Assembly: GCA_964614895.1 (NCBI GenBank)
Contig: CAZTMY010000001.1
Coordinates: 1 to 33,954 of the forward strand
Source of the DNA: an uncultured Anaerolineales bacterium
Lineage (GTDB): Bacteria > Chloroflexota > Anaerolineae > UBA1429
Direction of reading: 5' to 3'
DNA length: 33,954 nt
Below the pieces are notes generated by a model. That model did not search any database, was not told where the DNA came from, and saw only the letters and a program-made list of their open reading frames with translations. Below are positions 24,697-33,303 of this stretch, piece after piece (the first letter of the stretch is position 1; each line of letters starts with the position of its first letter). The position numbers and the translations under genes are program-made.

Positions 24697-26805
24697 ATGC
24701 CCGACGACCAAGCCACGCTTCGCAACGGCGCCTACGACCTACGGATCCGTATAGCGCCACAACAGGTGTACATCCATCTGTATGATAACAAGATGGGCCT
24801 CTGCCTGGCCGATGAAGCCTATCTGTACCGCACCACCAAAGGCCATCCAGAAGGACATCTCGTGGCCTCTGGCCTCCAAGGCGCTGCCGTCCGCCACGAC
24901 GGCGACGCCCTGGTGATCACGGGCACGCTAGCTGGGCTGAGAGTCCGACACACGCTGCGCCTTCCCTCCGACGCCGACGTCCTCGAGGAGCGTATCCAAC
25001 TGCATAACCCTACAGAAGAGACCGTGCGTCTAGAGCGGCTAACGGCCGGCTTCCAGCGAAAGGCAGCTTCAGGCTTTGGGGCTGTCCTGCCAGAGATAGC
25101 GAGAGACCGGTTGGCAGCGATTCCATTCAAGCATCGGGCAACGGACCCGACGGGGTTCGATGCCGACTTCTCTCTTTCGGATCTGGTGAGGCAGCCTGGC
25201 CTGGAGCGCAGGGCAACGGACCGCCCCAAGACCTTTGCCCACGGCCATGCGCCGGCGACGCAGTGGGCATCGGAAGGCTGGGCATGGACCCACGAGGACC
25301 ACAGCCTCGCGATCTGCACCTTCAACCAGGATGCGATGCAGTTCAGCACACTGGCCCTGGAGGCCTATGATGATCATCTGGCCCTGCGCTTTGGCGGCGT
25401 GAGCACCGTCGACGGCGAACCATCAGCACTGCAACGCTTGGGGCCTGGGCAGACAATCGACCTGGGCATCACGCGCTATGAGACGGTTGAGGGCGGGTAC
25501 GAGGAGGCTAGCTATGCCTTCCGAGCCTTTCTGGATGCCCAGGGCTGCCGGTTCCCCGATGACTTTGACCCACCTGTCCACTGGAACGAGCTATACGACA
25601 ACCCCGAGTGGAACCTAGCTCGCCCCAGCGCTGCTCCAGCCCGACGCATGACGCGCCCAAAGGCTTATACCAGGGCCTTGCTAGAGCAAGAAGCGGAAAA
25701 GGCCGTCGCCTACGGTTGCCAGGCGCTCTACCTGGATCCCGGGTGGGACACTGACTTTGCCACCTTGTTGTGGGGCGAGGAGTGGCTAGGCCCGCGAAGT
25801 GAGTTCGTCCGCGATATGCGGGAGAAACACGGCCTCAAGGTATCGCTGCACTGCCCCCTCGCCACCTGGCTCTCGATGGACGGTCGCGGGGTCCTCTCGT
25901 GGCCAGAGGAAGCGTACCAGATGAACGCCCAAGGCGAGATCATCGAGGGGGCCGTATGCCTCGGCTCCAGGCAATACCTTGACGCCGCGACGGAGAGGCT
26001 GCTGGCTCACTGTCGCGATGGGGTCAGCTTTCTCATGTTCGATGGCAACTGGTGGAACGGCGGCTGCTGGAACCCCGATCACGGCCATCCCGTGCCTTAC
26101 ACCAAAGAAGATCACGCCCGGGCAAACCTAGAGCTGGCACGCCGCATCCACCAGGAGTACCCCGACGTGCTCATCGAGATGCATGATACGATATCAGGAG
26201 GATCGCTGCAGCGCTATACACCAGTGTACTACAAGTACGGTCTCCCCGGCAGCTATGACGATAACTGGGGCTTTGAGCTGATGTGGCAGCCGATGGAGGA
26301 CCTCCGTAGCGGACGGGCACGCAGCCTGTATTACTATAACCTTGGCTGCAACGTGCCAGCCTATCTGCACATTGACCTACGCGATGACAACATCCACTGT
26401 GTCGTGCTCTGGTGGTACGCTTCCACATGCCGGCATCTGGGCATCGGGGGCACCCACAGCGATCCCATGGTCGCGCAGGCACAAAAGTTGGCGATGCAGA
26501 CATACCGCCGACTCGAACGCTTTTACAAGCGCGGCGAATTCTATGGCATGGGGGAGGGAATTCATCTCCACGTCTTGCCGGACGAAGAGAGCTTTGTCGT
26601 GAACCTGTTCAACCTCTCGGACGAGGAACAGGTGATCGAGGGCAGCCTGCCCTTTGCGCGGATGGGCCTCGATCCGACCCGCTGGTACGACATGAAGAAG
26701 GGACTGGCCATCGACCCGGCCAGCAAAGCCCTGGTTGTGCGGCGACGGTTGCCGGCCTGGGGCGCGGAGGTATGGGAGGTGCGTTCATACAGCCAGGAGG
26801 CGTGA
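24697..26805 (+). CDS. Uncharacterised 702-aa protein; possible clan GH-D-like (melibiase/alpha-galactosidase fold) glycoside hydrolase, no signal peptide
   Basis: Strong SD (GAGGAGG) before the ATG. The motif order ALYLDPGWD ... GLKVSLH ... FLMFDGNWW ... LIEMHDTISGG loosely parallels the DDGW / KWD / acid-base-strand order of GH27/36 barrels. That it is a real CDS is likely (about 0.85); the function is weakly supported. Confidence 0.45.
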   Translation: MPDDQATLRNGAYDLRIRIAPQQVYIHLYDNKMGLCLADEAYLYRTTKGHPEGHLVASGLQGAAVRHDGDALVITGTLAGLRVRHTLRLPSDADVLEERIQLHNPTEETVRLERLTAGFQRKAASGFGAVLPEIARDRLAAIPFKHRATDPTGFDADFSLSDLVRQPGLERRATDRPKTFAHGHAPATQWASEGWAWTHEDHSLAICTFNQDAMQFSTLALEAYDDHLALRFGGVSTVDGEPSALQRLGPGQTIDLGITRYETVEGGYEEASYAFRAFLDAQGCRFPDDFDPPVHWNELYDNPEWNLARPSAAPARRMTRPKAYTRALLEQEAEKAVAYGCQALYLDPGWDTDFATLLWGEEWLGPRSEFVRDMREKHGLKVSLHCPLATWLSMDGRGVLSWPEEAYQMNAQGEIIEGAVCLGSRQYLDAATERLLAHCRDGVSFLMFDGNWWNGGCWNPDHGHPVPYTKEDHARANLELARRIHQEYPDVLIEMHDTISGGSLQRYTPVYYKYGLPGSYDDNWGFELMWQPMEDLRSGRARSLYYYNLGCNVPAYLHIDLRDDNIHCVVLWWYASTCRHLGIGGTHSDPMVAQAQKLAMQTYRRLERFYKRGEFYGMGEGIHLHVLPDEESFVVNLFNLSDEEQVIEGSLPFARMGLDPTRWYDMKKGLAIDPASKALVVRRRLPAWGAEVWEVRSYSQEA

Positions 26806-26862
26806 GTGTCGGCGTCTCCTAGCGTAACGCACCTGCCCGAGGAAACACCCACGCCCGGCATG

Positions 26863-26910
26863 GTAGCGCGGCGCGCCCGATACAGTTGGTGCCCATCACG
26901 ACCGCGCTAC
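26863..26910. terminator. Possible hairpin between convergent genes
   Basis: GTAGCGCGG (26863-26871) and CCGCGCTAC (26902-26910) are a perfect 9-bp inverted repeat, but the loop is 30 nt and there is no U-tract. Confidence 0.25.
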
Positions 26911-26935
26911 TCGCCGTCGCGCTCTGGCGTGCCGC

Positions 26936-28417
26936 CTAGGCATCCGCTGGGCGCGTCCGATCACCCTCGCGGATCTCCCGCAGCCGAGCCGACATCCTCT
27001 CCACGATGGCCGTCTGCTCCCTGGCCACGTTCCTGATCTGCCCGATGTCCAGCGACAAGTCGTAGAGCTGCGGCACGGGCGCATTGCCCGTCTCTATCCC
27101 GGTCGTGCTGCTGACGGCTGGCCCCTCATGAGGCGGGATATAGGCCCAGTTTCTCTGCCGGAGCACCGTCTTGCCCTGGGTTCCTTCGGTGACCAACTCT
27201 GTACGACCCTCCTCCGTTCTGCCGAGGAGCGCCGCAAGCACGTCGAACGAATCGGGAGCTGCATCGGGCCTCAGGGGGATCCCCACCAGCGAAGCGAACG
27301 ATGCGAGGAAATCCACGTGACTCACGATGGCCTCCGACTGGCCAGGCTCCACGGTGCCAGACCAACGAAGGATAAACGGAACGCGCGTGCCGCCGTCGTA
27401 CATGCTATACTTGCCGCCCCGCAGCGGTCCTGTCGGTCGGTGATCGCCGCAAAGCTCAACGGCCTTATCTTGGTAGCCATCGTCCAGGACTGGCCCATTA
27501 TCGCTCGAGAACAGGACGATCGTGTTCTCACCAATCCCCAGCTCATCCAAGGTACGCACCATCTCGCCGACACACCAATCCATCTCCGCGATGACATCCC
27601 CTCGGGGACCGAGCTTGGTGGCGCCCACGAAACGCTTGCCCGGTATGCGCGGGACGTGCGGCTGGTGCAGAGCATAGTACAGGAAGAAGGGGCCATCCCG
27701 ATGCTCACGCACGAACAAAGTCGCTTGGTCGAGAAAGACCTCGGCCATCTCGTCGTCCTTCCAGAGGGCCGTTCTGCCGCCCCTCATGTACCCAATCCGG
27801 CTGACCCCATTCACGATGGTCATGTCATGGCCGTGGCTGGGCCGCATGGCGAGCAGCTCTGGGTTGTCACGCCCCGTTGGCGTACCCGGAAAGGGATTGC
27901 TGGCCTCATAGCTCACCTCGATGGGGTCCGTGGGATCGAGATTGGACACGTGTCGGCCATCGACATAGACGCAGGGGACGCGGTCGTTGGTGGCAGCCAT
28001 GATGAAGGAGCGATCAAAGCCTAAGTCAAGAGGCGTCAGGGGGATCTCATCGTTCCAATCGAGGTCGCCGTCGCCCAACCCGAGATGCCACTTGCCGACG
28101 ATGGCGGTGTGGTAGCCCGCTTGCTTTAGCAGGGAGGGCAAGGTTAGCATGCCAGGAGGGATGATCAGCGGCGCATCGCCGGCCAGAATGGCGGCCCTCT
28201 GGTTGCGCCAAGGATACGAACCCGTCAGCAGGCTGTAACGCGAAGGCGTGCATGTGGCGGCGGTGGCATAGCCCTGCTGGAACCGGATCCCCTCAGCAGC
28301 GAGCTGATCGACATTGGGGGTGGGAATGCCGGTGCCGCCGTAGCATCCGACATCGCCAAAGCCGATATCGTCTGCGTACATGATCACGATATTGGGACGT
28401 GTGCTACGCTCAACCAT
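26936..28417 (-). CDS. Sulfatase (S1 family, Cys-type, arylsulfatase-A-like), no signal peptide
   Basis: PNIVIMYADDIGFGDVGCYG. The signature is ATC(56)TPSRYSLLTG, with the Cys codon at 28250-28252 (minus strand). Also GKWHLG and SDNGP. I preferred the ATG at 28417 (GGAAGGAG SD 8 nt upstream) over 28444 or 28546. Confidence 0.9.
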   Translation of the reverse strand: MVERSTRPNIVIMYADDIGFGDVGCYGGTGIPTPNVDQLAAEGIRFQQGYATAATCTPSRYSLLTGSYPWRNQRAAILAGDAPLIIPPGMLTLPSLLKQAGYHTAIVGKWHLGLGDGDLDWNDEIPLTPLDLGFDRSFIMAATNDRVPCVYVDGRHVSNLDPTDPIEVSYEASNPFPGTPTGRDNPELLAMRPSHGHDMTIVNGVSRIGYMRGGRTALWKDDEMAEVFLDQATLFVREHRDGPFFLYYALHQPHVPRIPGKRFVGATKLGPRGDVIAEMDWCVGEMVRTLDELGIGENTIVLFSSDNGPVLDDGYQDKAVELCGDHRPTGPLRGGKYSMYDGGTRVPFILRWSGTVEPGQSEAIVSHVDFLASFASLVGIPLRPDAAPDSFDVLAALLGRTEEGRTELVTEGTQGKTVLRQRNWAYIPPHEGPAVSSTTGIETGNAPVPQLYDLSLDIGQIRNVAREQTAIVERMSARLREIREGDRTRPADA

Positions 28418-28758
28418 TTGCCAGGACTCCTTCCACTCTGCCATGTCTAAAACCCTATTCAGACCGATCGTACTGCCCCTAGTCGGGAATTCTGGCGCTC
28501 GCCACGTCGCTCCTCTTCGCCCACGTCCTCTTGCCTTGTCGTGCATGCTAGCGCGGCCTCAGGAACCGACAGAGGTCCCATGTCCGTGCTCCACGAGCGA
28601 TGGCCCCTGACCCAGGCCGCCCCCACAGAACCGCCGAGGGTCGCCGAACCGTTGGACACGCGTCAGCCGGAGGCCACGGCGACGGAAAGCCCGGAGACAC
28701 CATCGGCAACAAGACGCCCTTGCGACGAATCTATGCTCCCGGGATGCCACCCGAAAGT

Positions 28759-29742
28759 TCAGACGTGTAGCTCCACGATATCGCCGTCCGAAAGCACATA
28801 GTCCCTGGCGACCCTTTGCCCGTCATAGACCCGCTCACCCCAGACGCGCGCTGACTTGAGCTTCTCGTAAAAGTCGCGATGAACCTTGGCGGCAAAATCC
28901 GCCACAGTGCTCCCTTGCTCGAGCGTAAAGGGCGCATCCAGATCGGGCGGCTGGCCCGGCACCTTGGAGTACACGCGGATCACGCCAAGGTGTTCAAACA
29001 CGCGCGCCTTTAGCAGGTCCAGGTGCCGTCCAGTGGTGGCGGATACATCCAGCGCCGGCCAGTCGTCCTCCAGCAACAGACAAAATAGCTCGAACAGCTC
29101 GGAAGACGCGTCATCGTCGCTCTTGTTGGCCACAATCAAAAGAGGGATGAACGTTCCCGCGTCAGGCCCATACGCCTCCAGGCTTTGCAGGGGCAGGATG
29201 CGGTGCTCTCGCAGGAGAGCCAGCGTCTGCTCGAACTGGTCCACTGGATTGGCCTGCAAGTCCACCACGAGCAACACCAAGTCGGCTCGCCGAATGAGGT
29301 CGAGAAGACCCGGCTCGGTAAAGTCGGCGCTAAGCGGCGGCGTGTCGATGAGTTGAATCTGAATATCGCCATAGGGCATCATCCCGGGGGTTGGCTCCCA
29401 GGTTGTAAAGGGGTACTCGGCAACCTCCGGCTTGGCATTGGTAAGGGCGCTTACCAGCGCCGACTTGCCCACGTTGGGCGCCCCGACCAGCACCACCTGC
29501 CCGGCCCCCTCCTTGCCAATGGCATAGGGCGACACACGCCGCGTACCGGTCTTGCGGGACCGCGAGGTGCGCCGCAGCTCTGACAGGCGACGACGCAGAT
29601 CCGCGCGCAGTTTGTCGGTGCCCTTGTGTTTGGGCACCAAACTGAACATCTCCTCGAGACGCGCAATCTTTTCCTCGATGGATTCGGCCTCGCGGAATAG
29701 CCTCTCGGCCGCGTGATAGTCAGGAGGTAGATTGGTTGGCAT
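28759..29742 (-). CDS. DRG/Rbg-like OBG-class GTPase with C-terminal TGS domain
   Basis: N-terminal helical segment KHKGTDKLRADLRRRLSELRR, G1 GAPNVGKS, G2 region YPFTT, G3 DTPP, G4 NKSD. The C-terminus LGVIRVYSKVPGQPPDLDAPFTL..GSTVADFA.KVH.DF......ARVWG.......Q.V..DYVL.DGDIVEL matches the DRG S5D2L/TGS arrangement. Start ATG at 29742. Confidence 0.85.
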   Translation of the reverse strand: MPTNLPPDYHAAERLFREAESIEEKIARLEEMFSLVPKHKGTDKLRADLRRRLSELRRTSRSRKTGTRRVSPYAIGKEGAGQVVLVGAPNVGKSALVSALTNAKPEVAEYPFTTWEPTPGMMPYGDIQIQLIDTPPLSADFTEPGLLDLIRRADLVLLVVDLQANPVDQFEQTLALLREHRILPLQSLEAYGPDAGTFIPLLIVANKSDDDASSELFELFCLLLEDDWPALDVSATTGRHLDLLKARVFEHLGVIRVYSKVPGQPPDLDAPFTLEQGSTVADFAAKVHRDFYEKLKSARVWGERVYDGQRVARDYVLSDGDIVELHV

Positions 29743-30040
29743 GACCCCCAGCTCCCAAAGCGTGAGGCCCCAGACACGTACGGGCGCGCCTCTTGCGAGC
29801 GGTTGGCGTTCTACCGCAGCAGAGGATTCCCACACCACCAAACGCATCATACCACAAGCACGTTGACCAATTCCAGGCCAGATGTGCCTCCGAGCGAGAC
29901 GCTCAGAGGCAAAGATGCTGGGTCCTCGTCAGCACAAGCCAAGTCGGAGAGGGAGATCACGGCCACGCGCGGTCGCACACCAACGGAAACTGAAGGCGTG
30001 TTCAGCTTCGGTAACATTCTATATGAGGGATCGCGTGGCC

Positions 30041-30069
30041 TTGACGGGCACCCGTGAGGCGCCTATGCT
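30041..30069 (+). promoter_or_regulatory. Putative promoter for the GH78-like gene
   Basis: TTGACG (30041-30046), 17 nt, TATGCT (30064-30069). An AGGAGG SD at 30086-30091 precedes the ATG at 30098. Confidence 0.4.
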
Positions 30070-30097
30070 GGCCCCATAATCCTTGCAGGAGGTAAGC

Positions 30098-32512
30098 ATG
30101 CGAGTTCCTTGTGAGACCAATCCCTTCCCACCTCTGGACATTCCAGGTGTGAACGAATCGGCCAGCTTCCCAGCCCGTTGGGTGTGGCATCCCGATGTAA
30201 GCCCAGAGGAGCCTACCGTACTTGCGTTTCGACGTGCGTTCACTCTGGACGAGCCGCAGACGGTACGCATCCACGTGAGCGCGGATCATCGCTATGAGCT
30301 ATTCCTCGACGGCGAGCGCCTAGGGCGCGGCCCAGAGCGCGGCGACCCTGCCCATTGGTGCTTTGAGACCTATCGTCTCGAGCTCTCGGCAGGCGCTCAC
30401 CTATTAGCTGCGCGTGCTTGGTGGTTCCCCGAAGATGGCTCGCCAATGGCCCAGATGACCATCGTGCCCGGGTTCCTGCTTTACGCTGAAGGGCCTCTTG
30501 CCGAGACGCTCTCCACTGGCTCTGGTGATTGGCAGGTGACCAAGATCACCGCGTACGAACGCGAGCCAATCGACATGCGGGCCTACTATGTGGTGGGCTG
30601 GTCCTTTGCGGTGCATGGCAGTCAGTATCCGTGGGATTGGCAAACGGATCCAGCCGCGGTAGCCGACTGGGTGCCCCCCGCCGTCCTGCGACCGCCCGCA
30701 GATGGCCATAGCAACCGCTACTACTCGTGGGAAACACCACAACGCAAGCTGGACCCCCACCTAATGCCCGCCATGCTGCCGCCCATGATGGAAACGCCAC
30801 GCAACGTGGGCCGCGTGCGGCACGCCGCATGGCTCAAGCCCGAGGGATTTCTAAAGGTCAACGCTGAAGAGCATGATAGCAAGCTCGCCGCTGACATCCA
30901 GTCCATGCTGGATGGTAACGCCCCGCTAGAGATCCCGGCCGGGCAGTCCTTCCGCGCGATCATCGACCTAGAGGATTACTACTGCGGCTTTCCCGAGATC
31001 ACGACGACGGGCGGCGCCGGCACCCATATTACCGTGGGTTGGGCTGAGGCGCTATATGAGATCCACGAGGGTCAATGGCCATCCAAGGGGAACCGGGACG
31101 TCATCGAAGGCAAAGTATTCTACGCGCCTCACGATCGCTTCATCCTGGAGGGTGGCGATGCCCGCACTTATGACACCCTCTGGTGGCGCGCGGGACGCTA
31201 CATCGAGCTAACCGTACAGAGCGGTGACGCTCCAGCGACGTTAAACGCCCTGCGCGTGCGCGAGACCCGCTACCCTCTGGAGCGCGAGGGCACCTTTGCC
31301 TCCAGCGATCCACGGATGGAGGAGGTCGCACCGATCATGCTCCGCGCGCTGCAGATGTGCTCCCATGAGACCTACATGGACTGCCCTTACTATGAACAGC
31401 TCATGTACGTGGGTGATACGCGCCTAGAGGTCCTGGCCACCTATGTCACGACCTCGGATCCGCGCTTGCCCATCAAGGCTTGCCGGCTCTTTGACTGGTC
31501 ACGTAGCCCCGATGGTCTTACCAAGAGCCGCTACCCCTCCGAGATTCCCCAAGTCATCGCGCCCTTTAGTTTGTGGTGGGTGTCGATGGTACATGACCTA
31601 CACATGTGGCGCCAGGCTGATGATACCGTCCGCGAGCTACTCCCCGGCATCGACGCCGTGCTGACGGCCTTTGCCGGCTATCGCGACGATGATGGCCTAG
31701 TAAGCGCCGTGCCCGGTTGGAACTATTGCGACTGGGTGCGAGAGTGGCCTGCCGGATGCCCTCCCGACAGCCGCCACGGCGCCAACGCCCTCATCAACCT
31801 GATGTACCTCTATGCGCTGGAGCGGGGCATCGCCCTGCATGAAGACATGGAGGAACCGCACCTGGCCGCACATTGGCGACAGGTAGCCGATGCACTTCGG
31901 CCGTCCATCGTCAAGGCCTTCTGGGATGATCAACGCGGCCTACTGGCTGATGACCACGCCCATACCTGCTATTCCGAGCACGCGCAGTCCTTGGCAATCT
32001 TGACCCACCTGCTAGATGGGGCGCGCCACGAGCGCCTGGTAGAAGGGCTGCTGGGAGCCAGCGACCTCGCTCGTACCACCATCTACTTCTCGCACTATTT
32101 GCTGGAGGCGCTGCGTGAGATCGGACGCGGCGATCTCCTCATCCAGAAGCTGGGCTTTTGGTATGGCCTGCAGGAACGTGGCCTCAAGACGACCAGCGAG
32201 TCGCCCGAGCCAACGCGCTCGGACTGCCACGCCTGGGGCGCGCACCCACTCTACCACTACTATGCCTCGATACTCGGCGCCAGGCCCAGCGCGCCCGAGT
32301 TCAGGCGTGTGCGAATTGCACCACAGCTCGGAGAGCTCACCTCCATTGCCGGAGAGATGCCACACCCGTCTAGCGATACCATCCGCTTTGACCTACAGCG
32401 CGAGGGTGAGAGGCTAACGGGCGAGATCTGGCTCCCCGAGGGCGTCTCGGGCGAACTCGTCTGGGGCGACATACCACGTCCGTTGACGCCTGGGCGCAAC
32501 GCGCTGGCCTAG
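30098..32512 (+). CDS. Alpha-L-rhamnosidase-like glycoside hydrolase (GH78-type six-hairpin enzyme), no signal peptide
   Basis: The N-terminal segment ARWVWHPD...AFRRAF.L......RIHVSADHRYELFLDGERLGRGP is typical of the rhamnosidase N domain. The catalytic-domain motif is ETYMDCPYYEQLMYVGDTRLE. The C-terminus reads SDCHAWGAHPLYHY....LG..P....F..V.I.P. Confidence 0.7.
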   Translation: MRVPCETNPFPPLDIPGVNESASFPARWVWHPDVSPEEPTVLAFRRAFTLDEPQTVRIHVSADHRYELFLDGERLGRGPERGDPAHWCFETYRLELSAGAHLLAARAWWFPEDGSPMAQMTIVPGFLLYAEGPLAETLSTGSGDWQVTKITAYEREPIDMRAYYVVGWSFAVHGSQYPWDWQTDPAAVADWVPPAVLRPPADGHSNRYYSWETPQRKLDPHLMPAMLPPMMETPRNVGRVRHAAWLKPEGFLKVNAEEHDSKLAADIQSMLDGNAPLEIPAGQSFRAIIDLEDYYCGFPEITTTGGAGTHITVGWAEALYEIHEGQWPSKGNRDVIEGKVFYAPHDRFILEGGDARTYDTLWWRAGRYIELTVQSGDAPATLNALRVRETRYPLEREGTFASSDPRMEEVAPIMLRALQMCSHETYMDCPYYEQLMYVGDTRLEVLATYVTTSDPRLPIKACRLFDWSRSPDGLTKSRYPSEIPQVIAPFSLWWVSMVHDLHMWRQADDTVRELLPGIDAVLTAFAGYRDDDGLVSAVPGWNYCDWVREWPAGCPPDSRHGANALINLMYLYALERGIALHEDMEEPHLAAHWRQVADALRPSIVKAFWDDQRGLLADDHAHTCYSEHAQSLAILTHLLDGARHERLVEGLLGASDLARTTIYFSHYLLEALREIGRGDLLIQKLGFWYGLQERGLKTTSESPEPTRSDCHAWGAHPLYHYYASILGARPSAPEFRRVRIAPQLGELTSIAGEMPHPSSDTIRFDLQREGERLTGEIWLPEGVSGELVWGDIPRPLTPGRNALA

Positions 32513-32607
32513 GTCGGCAGGGCACGGTGACGAGCCGAACGCGGTCAACGGCCTGGCTAGAGCCCTGGAGCACAAGCGCGGTCGCGTTCACTCCACACAC
32601 ACATAGA

Positions 32608-32642
32608 GCCGGGAGCCGCCCGTGTGACGGGCGGCTCCCGGC
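32608..32642. terminator. Strong GC hairpin between convergent GH78-like and OsmC genes
   Basis: GCCGGGAGCCGCCCG (32608-32622) / loop TGTGA / CGGGCGGCTCCCGGC (32628-32642) is a perfect 15-bp stem. The flanking U-tracts are weak. Confidence 0.6.
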
Positions 32643-32660
32643 AATGCTATCCAGCCGACG

Positions 32661-33119
32661 TCAGGCTCCTACAGGCTCCGGTTGACAAACGCGATAGCTC
32701 TCTGCGACCGACACGCCCGAGAGCGTATCCTTCACAGGGCAACGCTCGAGTGCCAGTTCGATTAGCTCGTTCACCTTATGCTGTGGCTCTGGCGATGCTA
32801 CGTTCACCTTGACCCGGATGTCCTGAAAGCCGGGCCGTACGGGCGCTTTCCCGGTGAACCCATCGGAGTCCAGATCGCCCTCCAGATCCACGCTCAAGTC
32901 GTCGATCTGCAAGCCCTGTTCCTGCGCATAGGCCGAAACCAGAACAGCGATGCATCCCCCCAAAGCCGATAGCAGCAGTTCAACCGGGTTCATAGCTCGG
33001 TTGGTGCCACCTAGTGACTCGGGCTCGTCCATGGCAACCTCAAAACCGCGGAAGCGGCTTGTCACATAGACCCCCTGCCCCGACCACTTTGTGCTCCCCT
33101 TGAATGTCATCTTGGCCAC
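32661..33119 (-). CDS. OsmC/Ohr-family peroxiredoxin-like protein
   Basis: GGTNRAMNPVELLLSALGGC(I)AV ... and the C-terminal LALERCPV carry the two conserved Cys contexts of OsmC. The GTG at 33119 sits 6 nt after AGGAGG; the alternative ATG at 33110 is 15 nt away. Confidence 0.85.
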   Translation of the reverse strand: MAKMTFKGSTKWSGQGVYVTSRFRGFEVAMDEPESLGGTNRAMNPVELLLSALGGCIAVLVSAYAQEQGLQIDDLSVDLEGDLDSDGFTGKAPVRPGFQDIRVKVNVASPEPQHKVNELIELALERCPVKDTLSGVSVAESYRVCQPEPVGA

Positions 33120-33163
33120 AATCTGCCTCCTCACAACTAGCTGTGCATCTTGACTGCACACAT

Positions 33164-33192
33164 AAGATAACATACTTGAGTATTTTTGTCAA
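33164..33192 (-). promoter_or_regulatory. Putative promoter for the OsmC-family gene in an AT-rich divergent region
   Basis: On the minus strand: TTGACA (33192-33187), 17 nt, TATCTT (33169-33164). The spacer contains the inverted repeat ATACT-CA-AGTAT. Confidence 0.4.
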
Positions 33193-33303
33193 ATTACATC
33201 AGAGAACATTTGGAAATGGCCCGCATCTTGCCCGCTTGACAGGTCGCCGTAGCCGCACTTGAATGCTGTGGTGGCTTTTCATCGTCGCCCAGGAGCTTTT
33301 GCA

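Noticed and set aside
27128-28024. 298-aa + strand ORF inside the sulfatase 3 gene. Similar long antisense or overlapping ORFs include 92-556(-), 2650-3486(+), 10700-11263(-), 24819-25349(-), 6386-6892(-) and 9061-9468(-).
   Set aside because: All lie antisense or out of frame within ORFs that have strong family signatures. They are Arg/Pro/Gly/Ala-rich, as expected for non-coding frames of GC-rich DNA, and lack SD sequences.
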